Source: Gammaproteobacteria bacterium (GTDB lineage Bacteria; Pseudomonadota; Gammaproteobacteria; Steroidobacterales; Rariloculaceae). From it: a stretch of 64,000 nucleotides of DNA. The stretch spans positions 71,002 to 135,001 of the forward strand of contig DASWKF010000084.1 in the NCBI GenBank assembly GCA_036396795.1, given 5' to 3'. This document shows, one piece after another, positions 28,501 through 36,311 of this stretch (its first letter is position 1; each line of letters begins with the position of its first letter). The notes below the pieces were generated by a model. The model saw nothing but the letters and a program-made list of their open reading frames with translations, was not told where the DNA came from and ran no database searches. The translations under genes were made by a program, and so were the position numbers.

Positions 28501-29563
28501 ATTGTTGACGGGGAGCGGATCGCTGCTACAGCTATGGCAGACGAGCGATGTTGCGCCGAGCGCCATCGTCGACGACGGCATATCGGTCATGGCGTTGGAC
28601 GCGTCTGGCCAGCTCGCCGCGCTCGGCTTTCGCGGAGGGCACGTGCAGTTGCGAACGACTGCGCAACTGCAGGAAGAAATCAATAGCGATCGTGGCATCG
28701 CCTATATCGGCCATCAAGGCGCGGTGGCGAGCATAGATGTCGACTCGGCCAACGGCGTAATCGCCAGCGGTGGGCGCGACGGATTGGTTCGCATCTGGAA
28801 TTTGGCGAGCGGCGTTCCGACTGCGCCGTTCATGCGTCACCCCGAAGGACCGATTCGCGATTTGGAGCTCAGCGGCGATGGCCGTTGGCTGGCAAGCGCT
28901 GCCGAATACAGCGCCCGCGTCTGGGGCACGGCAGACGGCGCCCTCGCGCTGGAGGTGCCGGTCAACGGCACGGCGCTTTCGGTCGGCATCGCCCCGAACT
29001 CCTCGACGATCGCGGTCGGCGACAGTGCCGGAAACTTGTTCATCGCGCCGATAGCGAGCGCCGCGCGCGCACGCTCCGGCAGGGCGCAGGATGCCGTGAC
29101 GGCATTGGCATTCACGCCGGACGGCGGGCGTCTCGCGACCGGCGACCGTTCCGGGCGCATACAGTTGTGGAACGCGTCGGCCGCGCGACCGATCGGCACT
29201 GCGCTGGTGCTGCCGCATCCGGTGCGTTGGATCGGCTTCAGCGCCGACGGCGAAGCCCTCATCGCGCAAACGGATCATTGGGTTCACCGCGTGGAGGTCG
29301 CGGCGGCGCGGCTCACCGTCACCGGCAGCCGGCTCACGCGCCTGAACGCGGCCACCGGCGCGGCCGTGCTGGGGTCCGCCGGCGAGGCGCTGAGGCTCGT
29401 CGGCGGCGGCGGTCTCGGGGCGGCCTATCTCGAAGAGGTCGACTGGCAGCAATCTTTCCAACGGCCTGGGGCGTTGAACGACGCCGTTCTCGAGCGCGAC
29501 TGGCCCCGCCTGCTCGGCCTCGAGCTCAACGAGCTGGCCGCGATCACCGGGCAAAGCTACTAG
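25574..29563 (+). CDS. AAA-like (STAND-type) NTPase / single TM / P-domain-like / WD40 beta-propeller protein, 1329 aa
   Basis: N-terminus FFVVGGPVQPDRACYIERPTDE..., then Walker A GPKASGKTS and Walker B TIFFDEGE. TM segment SAIATAVLAVMILVPLWY. GVWRLTLVDQAEGSVGRLSRWGLLF (proprotein-convertase P-domain-like). WD40 repeats GHQGAVASIDVD..GGRDGLVRIWN, AVTALAFTPDGGRLATGDRSGRIQLWN. Confidence 0.75.
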   Translation: MAMGRGCDNVSRIAQTGEFFVVGGPVQPDRACYIERPTDEMLRQSIRDQQFSYVVGPKASGKTSLMARTIRRLRAEGQLAAVVDLTQIGARGESAEAGRWFYSIAYRIVRELRLKVDLQTWWQDKSILMSEQRLTEFFWEIVLANTTTPVTIFFDEGERALELPFSRELFAALGACYEGRATEPDFLRLNFVVLGVATPRQLSRGLSLPLFEDGRAIRLQDFTLEETHHLAQGFASDETTAKDALARIHYWVKGHPYLTQKIARAAARRNGTVENVDAVVRERFLSQGARDEEPLLNHICSLLTERGTVNRRALAELGKVGKGTTIVADPDSQVHEFLNLAGVVTTIGDGYLTYRNRLFKEAFTSHWIGSALPFDWRGSAIATAVLAVMILVPLWYTQYFPRPYIDTLSTVTDDLDLALETHGRLRRLPGFAGTADGLLADVMRRRSESAQSYSEILAADEVLRALPAQTELADEILGAYWLRRAGEAVHGERRDEALVYASLASTGQAAAASELLNGLIDDDYPALARSFRFAVRPAHWRVDWSMQELTVVDEAQRGQRISVSDDAAVKSTARLTALQHVPVSRELGVDEPGSAGAFLFQIELEHPEEQQIMISLEAPSGAQVSFRLPPGEAARREIRVTERSELSALADEERRGVWRLTLVDQAEGSVGRLSRWGLLFAEELRGWEDVPEQGLDIPDPVRTDQIDVELSDDGRFGAARPSRPGAVGTLTLWDLTTGTPLGDIQLEAEPSFLAFTRDAPRLITVAGSTLRLWDTNSGGSVSRIVTQTEYVSEPAVGLDGEYIAIAERLETGGILYSLLRAADGELVSSVEGISGVRDWLLGPRARYLIVVGPSRLVRVMDPRRGEMLYDLPHQRDTERILASPQGDLVLSVDAEGDIFVWNFDGSENGELGGKRVGTTVDPQSVSVAADGSTIAYEAAHGHVVVRSLISDSIPLSARIHHADDGLMTAVSTDGQSLLTGSGSLLQLWQTSDVAPSAIVDDGISVMALDASGQLAALGFRGGHVQLRTTAQLQEEINSDRGIAYIGHQGAVASIDVDSANGVIASGGRDGLVRIWNLASGVPTAPFMRHPEGPIRDLELSGDGRWLASAAEYSARVWGTADGALALEVPVNGTALSVGIAPNSSTIAVGDSAGNLFIAPIASAARARSGRAQDAVTALAFTPDGGRLATGDRSGRIQLWNASAARPIGTALVLPHPVRWIGFSADGEALIAQTDHWVHRVEVAAARLTVTGSRLTRLNAATGAAVLGSAGEALRLVGGGGLGAAYLEEVDWQQSFQRPGALNDAVLERDWPRLLGLELNELAAITGQSY

Positions 29564-29704
29564 CGGCCTGCCGCGTCCCAGGCGCCTTCCCATGAGGGCT
29601 TTCGCTCAAATCTGTGAACTGGCGACACGGCACGCGCGTCGAAGCGCGCTATCTTTGTTGTTGTCCGGCGTTATGTCACGAGTCCTTCAAGCCAGAGGCC
29701 AGGT

Positions 29705-30286
29705 GTGGGTCGAGATTTGCCTGTTGGGAGTCTGCCGAGCTCCAAGCAAACGGTCGTTGCAATCCTTGCGGCGACGATATTTTGCGCCTTGGTCGCCTGT
29801 ATCGAGGAGCCGCCACCGCGTAGCTATGTGGAATTCATGGACGATCGTGTTGCCAGGGAAGGCACCCTCGTTCGCTGCAACGCGGTTCGCGATGCGACCG
29901 CGGACGACGCGGAGTGCATAAACGCTCGGCGCGCCGCCGCGACACTCGCGGCCAGAGCGGACGCCGCGCAGCGGGAGCAGCGCGAAGTCGAGTCGGAAAG
30001 CCGACGACTCGCGGCGCGGCAGTATCAAGAGGCCCAAGAGGCGGCGATGCGTCGCGCCGAGACCGCGGCGATCGAGGAGCAAGAGCTCGCCTACGAGGCC
30101 CAGTGGCATGATAGCGCCGCCACGAGCACGCCCGCCCCGGAGCTCGAATACATTACATTACCCCGGTCCGTGAATCCGCCGCTCACGGCCGTCACCCTTC
30201 CCCGGGGCGCGAAGCCCCTGGAGTACACTCCGCCGAAGCCGCGGCTCGAAGAGATCTCGCCGCCCGAAAGGCGCATGACACAATAG
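29705..30286 (+). CDS. lipoprotein with EexN-like Cys motif and coiled-coil
   Basis: Lipobox ALVAC. YVEFMDDRVAREGTLVRCNA...DDAECINARRAAA resembles the EexN-family pattern. Gln/Glu/Arg-rich helix. GTG start. Confidence 0.5.
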   Translation: MGRDLPVGSLPSSKQTVVAILAATIFCALVACIEEPPPRSYVEFMDDRVAREGTLVRCNAVRDATADDAECINARRAAATLAARADAAQREQREVESESRRLAARQYQEAQEAAMRRAETAAIEEQELAYEAQWHDSAATSTPAPELEYITLPRSVNPPLTAVTLPRGAKPLEYTPPKPRLEEISPPERRMTQ

Positions 30287-30303
30287 CAAGATCTCCGCGC
30301 AGC

Positions 30304-31065
30304 TCAGTCGGCGCCGTCGCCGAGCGGATAGGTGATCGCTTCCTCTGCCGGAACCTGTTGTGAGGCGGGCGGCGGCGTAGCTTGCGGCGATGAGCTTTCG
30401 GCCTGCACCAAGGTGAGCAGGAATCGCTGCGCCGCCGTTGGCGTCGAGGAACTCCTCGCGCGCAACGGTTCATCGGCGCCGCCTTGGGCATAGAAGCTTT
30501 GATTTGCCTCGGTGTCGATCGACAAGCGGGTCCCTTCCAAGGATGCACCCGCGAACAGACCTCGGCTGTCGGTGTAGATGTAGACTTCAGAGGTAAACGT
30601 CATGTCGGTCGCCGCGCGAGATGCGCGCCCCACGGGTCCGGCCGTCGCCGAAGCTTCTCCGCCGAGCGTGAACTTGCCGTCGTCGATATCGCGTACCGAG
30701 CGGGCGTTGCCGAAGACGAGAACGATATCGGCGGACTCGATGCCGATTTGAGCGCCGAAGCTGCCGCCCGTGAGGGTGATGAACGACGGGTTTGCCCAAT
30801 CGCCGCTCTCCGTGCGTATGGTGACGACGCCTCTGCCGCGTCGGCCGCCGAAGATCAGGCCGGCGCGTATGGTGCGTGGGATGACCGCGATGCCTTGCGC
30901 GCCCTGAAGCAACCACGGCGGAATCGCCGTCTCAGGGTCGCTGCCCAGCTCCTGAATGACCGCACCGGCATTCGTAAGCCGAGCTTCCTCCATGGTCTGG
31001 GCGTGGCCGAGCCCGGCGATCAGTAGGCTCGTCAGCGCGAGCCCGAAGTGCGAACGGTACATCAA
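30304..31065 (-). CDS. SYLF (Ysc84/DUF500) lipid-binding-domain protein, secreted
   Basis: Signal peptide. IAVIPRTIRAGLIFGGRRGRGVV, GGSFGAQIG, FTLGGEASATAGPVGR, GLFAGASLEG. Confidence 0.8.
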   Translation of the reverse strand: MMYRSHFGLALTSLLIAGLGHAQTMEEARLTNAGAVIQELGSDPETAIPPWLLQGAQGIAVIPRTIRAGLIFGGRRGRGVVTIRTESGDWANPSFITLTGGSFGAQIGIESADIVLVFGNARSVRDIDDGKFTLGGEASATAGPVGRASRAATDMTFTSEVYIYTDSRGLFAGASLEGTRLSIDTEANQSFYAQGGADEPLRARSSSTPTAAQRFLLTLVQAESSSPQATPPPASQQVPAEEAITYPLGDGAD

Positions 31066-31101
31066 GATGTCCTCAAGAAAGTCGACGTGCCTCCAATGTT
31101 A

Positions 31102-33042
31102 CTAGACATCGGCGGTGACGGCGCTGGCGGGCGGCATCGGGCATTCCAGAGTCGCCGCGACCGCACGAAACAGCTCGAGCTCCTCGATCCTGAGCTCGCG
31201 GTCGTGGCGAATACAGGCCAATACGCCCTTCAGCACGGCCCGTTTGGCCTTCGGCCGCGCGGCAGCCAGGCGAAGCAGCGCCGAGTCCAGAGTCCCGAGC
31301 GCGCGAGCCTCGCTGAGCGGGACGAATCGCGGCTCGGCCACGGCACCCCCCGTGTGCGTGACTGCGCTCATGCCGGCCTTGAAAGCCGCCAGCGCCGACC
31401 CGGCATCGTCGTGACCGAAAGCAGCGACGGCACGCAGCAAAGTCGAGAAAGCCTCGCCGACCGAGATGCGGCCCTGTCGGTGACCGATACCGATCTCGGC
31501 CGCCGGCGTCAGCCTCAGATAGCTCTCGAGGACGCGCACCAGCACGTAGTCGAACAAGTTCTCGGTTTCACTGAGCTCGCCGAGCCGGCGCAGGAGATCG
31601 GTGAGAAACTCGAGCTGCTCCGGCGGGCGAGCCCTCAGCGCGGGCATTGCCAGCTCCAAAACGGGAAGGCGAAAGCGGTCGTCGAGCGCGTCCAGCTCGG
31701 CGGCGAGAGCTCGGCAGCGGGACGTTCGGCTGCCGCCGAGCTTGAGGTCGAGAAACTCGAGTTGCCGCATCCGCGCCGAGCTTTCGCGACTCAGGCCCAA
31801 GGCCAGGATCAGCAGGAAGCTCACTTCCTTTGAATGCGCTGCATGCTCGATCTCTTCGGGAATGGATCGGCGCAGCGCGGCTGCGAAGGCCTGTGGCGCG
31901 ATATGCCCGGCCTGCTCGAGTAGCTGCGCCGCGCTGACTTGGGCGGTCTCGTCGGCGAGTGAAGCTCGCGTCGCGCGCTCGACCGCGCGTAAAGACTCCT
32001 CCGCCTCGGCGACTTCACTCGCGGTGTAGTCTCCCGGCTCGAAAGTCGGATCCAGCAAATGGATCCGCTCATCCAGAGGTGGATGCGTCGCGAACCAACC
32101 GCGGAACACGAGAGAGCCTCGTGAGAACAACATGTGTGCGACTTCTTCGCCGTTGCGGGCCACCAGCTGGCCGGTATGGCCGCCGATTTTCTTCAATGCG
32201 CCGGCGAGCCCCGATACGTCGCGCGTGAACTGCACCGCGGAGGCGTCGGCGAGCGTCTCTCGTTGCCGGGAAACGCCGGCTTTGATCAAGCGGCTGAAGA
32301 ACAAGCCGATCGAGCCGATGATGACCAGCATCGCGCCCAAGGCCATTGCAGCGACCATGGCGCCGCTGGATCGCCCTCTGCGTCTGACGCGCAGGCTGCG
32401 CAGCAGCCACTTCCCCATGAGCGAGAGCACGAGAATTCCAAACGAAAGCCCCATGAGTTGCTGGTTCAAGCGCATGTCGCCGTTGAGAATGTGACTGAAC
32501 TCGTGAGCGACGACGCCCTGCAGCTCGGAGCGCGTCAAGCGCTCCAAAGCGCCCCGCGTCACCGCCACGGCTGCGTTGGCGGGATTCAGCCCGGCGGCGA
32601 ATGCGTTGATGCCTTGCTCTTGCTCCAATACGAAGACCTCCGGCACCGGGATACCCGAAGCGATCGCCATCTCTTCGACGATATTCATCAGACGTCGCCG
32701 GAGAGGATCGTCGATTTTCCCGCTGAGCTCGGTGGCGCCGAGCAACCGCGCCACTTCGCCGCCGCCGCGCGAGAGCGATGCGCTCCGGTAAAGGCTCGCG
32801 AGCCCGATCAGTCCGGCCGTCAGCGCGGCGACCATGAGAAGCTCCAGGCCGTTGTCCGCAATCCAGGCCGAGAAGCTTCCGGCAACGGCGCCGCCAGGAG
32901 CGTAAGGCTGCCGATAGAGATTGATCACGAGCCCGGCCGCTATCGTGACCGCGGCCACGGTGCCCGCGACCGCGAGTAGAAACAGAATGATCAGAAGGCG
33001 AGTGGCGCGCCGGGATCGCTCTTGCTGCGTGAAGAAATCCAC
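31102..33042 (-). CDS. M48-family zinc metallopeptidase with long C-terminal helical extension
   Basis: N-terminal TMs, HEFSHILNGD (HExxH), later HPPLDERI. Immediately downstream of lemA on the same strand. Confidence 0.85.
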   Translation of the reverse strand: MDFFTQQERSRRATRLLIILFLLAVAGTVAAVTIAAGLVINLYRQPYAPGGAVAGSFSAWIADNGLELLMVAALTAGLIGLASLYRSASLSRGGGEVARLLGATELSGKIDDPLRRRLMNIVEEMAIASGIPVPEVFVLEQEQGINAFAAGLNPANAAVAVTRGALERLTRSELQGVVAHEFSHILNGDMRLNQQLMGLSFGILVLSLMGKWLLRSLRVRRRGRSSGAMVAAMALGAMLVIIGSIGLFFSRLIKAGVSRQRETLADASAVQFTRDVSGLAGALKKIGGHTGQLVARNGEEVAHMLFSRGSLVFRGWFATHPPLDERIHLLDPTFEPGDYTASEVAEAEESLRAVERATRASLADETAQVSAAQLLEQAGHIAPQAFAAALRRSIPEEIEHAAHSKEVSFLLILALGLSRESSARMRQLEFLDLKLGGSRTSRCRALAAELDALDDRFRLPVLELAMPALRARPPEQLEFLTDLLRRLGELSETENLFDYVLVRVLESYLRLTPAAEIGIGHRQGRISVGEAFSTLLRAVAAFGHDDAGSALAAFKAGMSAVTHTGGAVAEPRFVPLSEARALGTLDSALLRLAAARPKAKRAVLKGVLACIRHDRELRIEELELFRAVAATLECPMPPASAVTADV

Positions 33043-33076
33043 AGCAAGGCTTCAGTTCGGTTGCGAGTCGGGCACG

Positions 33077-33664
33077 TCAGCGAAACGCTACCTCGGGAAC
33101 CTCGCGTTTTTTCTCTTCGCCAATGTCGAGAAACTCCGCGTGCTTGAATTGAAAGGTGTTCGCGACCATGTTGCCGGGAAAATTCTCACAGCCGTTGTTG
33201 TAGCTCATGACCGCGTCGTTGAACGCCTGTCTCGCAAAGGCGACCTTGTTTTCCGTCGAGGCGAGCTCCTCTTGAAACTGCAGCATGTTCTGATTGGCTT
33301 TCAGATCCGGATAGTTTTCGACCAGCGCGAAAAGGCGGCCCAGAGTGCCACCGAGAACCGCTTCGGCGCTGCCGAGCGTCTTGATGGCCTCGGCATTCGC
33401 CGGATCTGCGGCCGCTTGCCTGAGCCCGGATACGGCCGAGTTCCTGGCCTCGATGACGGCGTTCAAGGTCCCGCGCTCATGAGCCATATAGCCCTTGACT
33501 GCTTCGATCAGGTTTGGAATTAGATCGTATCGGCGCGTAAGCTGGACATCGATCTGCGCGAAGGCGTTGCGTACGCGGTTGCGAAGATTGACGAGGTTGT
33601 TATAGATGGAGATAGCCCAAATCACGATGGCCGCTAAGATGCCCAGCACTATCAAGATTTCCAT
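33077..33664 (-). CDS. lemA: LemA family protein
   Basis: MEILIVLGILAAIVIWAISIYNNLVNLRNRVRNAFAQIDVQLTRRYDLIPNL. The listed start at 33934 adds a 90-aa Ser/Arg-rich extension with no support. Confidence 0.85.
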   Translation of the reverse strand: MEILIVLGILAAIVIWAISIYNNLVNLRNRVRNAFAQIDVQLTRRYDLIPNLIEAVKGYMAHERGTLNAVIEARNSAVSGLRQAAADPANAEAIKTLGSAEAVLGGTLGRLFALVENYPDLKANQNMLQFQEELASTENKVAFARQAFNDAVMSYNNGCENFPGNMVANTFQFKHAEFLDIGEEKKREVPEVAFR

Positions 33665-34712
33665 GAGGACGCTCCTAGACAGAAGTGCGAGCGGGAGCAT
33701 ACGCCGTTGCGACGGCGCTAGACAACGAACGCGCTCCCGTCGAGCAGCTGTGATTGCGTGCGCGATGACGGCGATAGCCCCCGCAACGGGTTTGGCAGGT
33801 TGGGTGGGCGAAGCGCAGGACCTCATGGGAACGCGAGTCTCGGTTGAGCTCTGGCACGACGACGAGCGGCGCGGGCGTGAGCTCGTCGAAGCGGTGCTCG
33901 AGGAGTATCGGCGCATCGACGATCGCATGAGCACCTACAAGCCCGACAGCGAAATCTCCATGATCAACCGTCTCGCGGTCTCGCAAGCCGTGCCTGTGGG
34001 CCCTGAGCTGTTCGGCCTCATCAACCGGGCGCTGATGCTGTCGAGAGACAGTAACGGCGCTTTCGACATCACCTACGAGAGCGTCGGCTATCTCTATGAT
34101 TTTCGCGCGCGCCGGCGTCCATCAGCCGCAGACTTGGCGGACCGCCTCGACGCGATCGATTATCGCAACGTGTTACTCGATCAGACTGCGAACACCATCG
34201 CATTTGCACTGCCGGCGGTGCGTATCAATCTCGGGGGCATAGCGAAGGGCTACGCCGTCGAAGCCGCCGCGGAGATCGTCCGTCGGGCCGGTGTGGGGCA
34301 CGCGATTCTCAATGCCGGCGGGGATTCCAGAGTGCTCGGTGATCGGCGCGGCCGGCCGTGGATCGTCGGCATTCGCCATCCCCGATTGCCCGGTCAGGTG
34401 GTCACGCGCGTGCCTCTCGAAGGCGAGGCGATTTCCACCTCCGGCGACTACGAGCGTTTCTTCGAAGACGACGGAAGGCGTTACCACCACATCATCAATC
34501 CGATGACTGGAGAGCCGACGCAAGAGCTCATGAGCGTCACCGTCGTCGGTCCCGACGCAACTTCGACCGACGGGCTCTCCACGGCTGTGTTCGTCATGGG
34601 CGCGGAGCGCGGTCTCGCGCTCATCGAGACGCTGCCGGAGTACGAGGCGATCATCGTCGATGCCGACGGCGGCCTGATCTACTCGAGCGGCTTCACACCC
34701 TCCGAGGAATGA
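33663..34712 (+). CDS. apbE: FAD:protein FMN transferase, probable Tat substrate
   Basis: MSTYKPDSEISMINR and GGIAKGYAV. Twin-arginine context RTRSRRAAVIACAMTAIAPATGLA requires a start at or before 33663. Confidence 0.8.
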   Translation: MRTLLDRSASGSIRRCDGARQRTRSRRAAVIACAMTAIAPATGLAGWVGEAQDLMGTRVSVELWHDDERRGRELVEAVLEEYRRIDDRMSTYKPDSEISMINRLAVSQAVPVGPELFGLINRALMLSRDSNGAFDITYESVGYLYDFRARRRPSAADLADRLDAIDYRNVLLDQTANTIAFALPAVRINLGGIAKGYAVEAAAEIVRRAGVGHAILNAGGDSRVLGDRRGRPWIVGIRHPRLPGQVVTRVPLEGEAISTSGDYERFFEDDGRRYHHIINPMTGEPTQELMSVTVVGPDATSTDGLSTAVFVMGAERGLALIETLPEYEAIIVDADGGLIYSSGFTPSEE

Positions 34713-34750
34713 GCTCACCGGGCTTTACGAGCGTAAGACCCCGATGTCTT

Positions 34751-34766
34751 GTCGCCAAACGGCGAC
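34751..34766 (+). terminator. short hairpin after apbE (weak terminator candidate)
   Basis: GTCGCC-AAAC-GGCGAC, 39 nt after the apbE stop. No U-tract. Confidence 0.25.
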
Positions 34767-34909
34767 CCAATATTCTATTGCATAATCAAAGTCTTACGTT
34801 CCGGCTCCGCCGCCCTGTAGTCGCCGACCGACAAGGATGGGGCTTGGCGGCCCGCAGCTGCTTCGCTTACTCATTGATCTAAATAGGTTAATCGCCGCCG
34901 CCGCCGCTC

Positions 34910-34925
34910 GGCACGGTTCCTGCTG
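34910..34925 (+). promoter_or_regulatory. candidate sigma-54 promoter upstream of the TPR/ExbBD/TonB-like operon
   Basis: cGGCACGgttcCTGCt has GG and GC at consensus spacing (TGGCACG-N4-TTGCW). It sits in a 414-bp ORF-free region of lower GC, 200 nt upstream of ATG 35127. A chance match is plausible in GC-rich DNA. Confidence 0.3.
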
Positions 34926-35126
34926 CCAGGAGCCCGGCGCGCGGCCGCTCACAAGAAAGATGAGACCTGGCTCATAGATCCCTTTCTCCGCTGGACATAA
35001 GGTTGTCCAGGGGTAGCGAGCCTTCACGTTCTCCGAGACTTTCCGCGCCCCGTCGCGCTCGGCGGCAGCGTGCGCGAGGCCGGCGCGTGGCCACGGAATC
35101 TAATGCTGTATGCGATTTGAGGACGA

Positions 35127-35660
35127 ATGAGAATGCGAAGGCCGAGGGCGGTGGTGACGACGACGACAATGGTGACGGTAGCGTTGATGCTGCTGCTTGG
35201 AAACGGCACAGCCTCCGTGTCGGTGGCCGCTGAATTGACGGGCGCGCCGGCTCCGGACTTCGTGCTCAAGAGTCTGTCCGGCCAGAACATGCGCTTGTCG
35301 GAGCTGCGGGGCGAAGTCGTGTTGTTGAGTTTTTGGGCGACGTGGTGCGGTGAGTGCCGCGCCCAGCTCGCCGAGCTCGGTGCATGGTACGGGCGGTATC
35401 ACGGCGCCGGTTTCGAGTTGCTCGCCATCAGCCTGGATCGCGATTGGTCCGACATCGGCGAGACGGCCGAAGCGTTGAGTCTGCCCTATCCGGTTCTTGC
35501 CGACGCGGATCTGACGGTCAGCAGGCTCTATGAGGTGACGTCGATGCCGGTGTCGATTCTGATCGATCGCGACGGCGTCGTTCGCGAAGTGATTCATGGC
35601 TTTCGGCGCGGCCGCGGGCAAAGTGACCTCGATCTCGTCAGGGAGTTGTTGAGGGAATGA
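35127..35660 (+). CDS. TlpA/redoxin-family periplasmic thiol:disulfide oxidoreductase
   Basis: Signal/anchor TMVTVALMLLLG, APDFVLKSL, FWATWCGECRAQ (CxxC). Confidence 0.85.
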   Translation: MRMRRPRAVVTTTTMVTVALMLLLGNGTASVSVAAELTGAPAPDFVLKSLSGQNMRLSELRGEVVLLSFWATWCGECRAQLAELGAWYGRYHGAGFELLAISLDRDWSDIGETAEALSLPYPVLADADLTVSRLYEVTSMPVSILIDRDGVVREVIHGFRRGRGQSDLDLVRELLRE

Positions 35661-35717
35661 TGCCGGCCGTGCCGGCGGCAATGCGGGTAGGCCCGCAAGC
35701 AAGATCTGGAGCAGTTT

Positions 35718-36308
35718 ATGCGAGGAAATAGCTACTTGACCCTACTGGCCGCGGTCGTGCTGAGCCCGGCGGCGATGGCACAGACCGACTCCGGTGACGC
35801 CTCGCTGCCGGAGTTCAACGCCTCGCAAGCGAGCACCGGCCGGGCCGGTGACGCCGCGGACTTCCGGACCTTGGATTCCGACATCCAAGACCTCAAGCAA
35901 CTGGTGTTGGAGTTGAATCGAGATCTATTTCTGCTCGAAGAAGAGCTGCTGTTCCCGGCGAATACTCAAGTCGCGATATTCGTTTCGATGGACGTCGGTG
36001 ATTTCTTCCAGCTCGATTCGGTGCAGATAAAGGTCGATGAGAAAGACGTATCCAACTATCTGTACACCGAGCGCGAAGTGAGTGCCCTGATTCGTGGAGG
36101 CGTGCACCAGATCTATCTTGGGAACCTCCGAGCCGGCGAGCACGAGCTCGTTGCGATTTTCACGGGGGAGGGTCCTCACGAAAGGGACTATCGCCGCGGC
36201 GCGACGATCGTCTTCGAGAAGGGGATTGGGCCCAAGTATATCGAGCTGACGATCTCCGATCGTGAGCAGGCGCTGCAGCCGGAGTTCGTGGTCAAGGAGT
36301 GGGAGTAG
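35718..36308 (+). CDS. secreted hypothetical protein (196 aa)
   Basis: Signal peptide LTLLAAVVLSPAAMAQ. Beta-rich body; no family recognised. Confidence 0.6.
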   Translation: MRGNSYLTLLAAVVLSPAAMAQTDSGDASLPEFNASQASTGRAGDAADFRTLDSDIQDLKQLVLELNRDLFLLEEELLFPANTQVAIFVSMDVGDFFQLDSVQIKVDEKDVSNYLYTEREVSALIRGGVHQIYLGNLRAGEHELVAIFTGEGPHERDYRRGATIVFEKGIGPKYIELTISDREQALQPEFVVKEWE

Positions 36309-36311
36309 CCG

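Noticed and set aside
29705-30286. EexN-like lipoprotein as a marker of an integrated conjugative element
   Set aside because: No relaxase, T4SS, integrase, tRNA target or direct repeats occur nearby, and the flanking genes are ordinary chromosomal genes.
33664-33934. 90-aa N-terminal extension of LemA, and the analogous extensions of the 5690, 40926, 45923, 48210, 49441, 55905 and 60623 starts
   Set aside because: The extensions are low-complexity, overlap neighbouring genes, and precede internal starts that give the expected family N-terminus (TM helix, signal peptide or lipobox).
34713-35126. Possible small RNA or missed small ORF in the 414-bp region of lower GC
   Set aside because: No convincing hairpin-plus-U-tract, no conserved RNA motif I recognise, and no ORF with an SD. 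It is better explained as the promoter/leader of the downstream operon; the sigma-54-like match is reported as a low-confidence feature.
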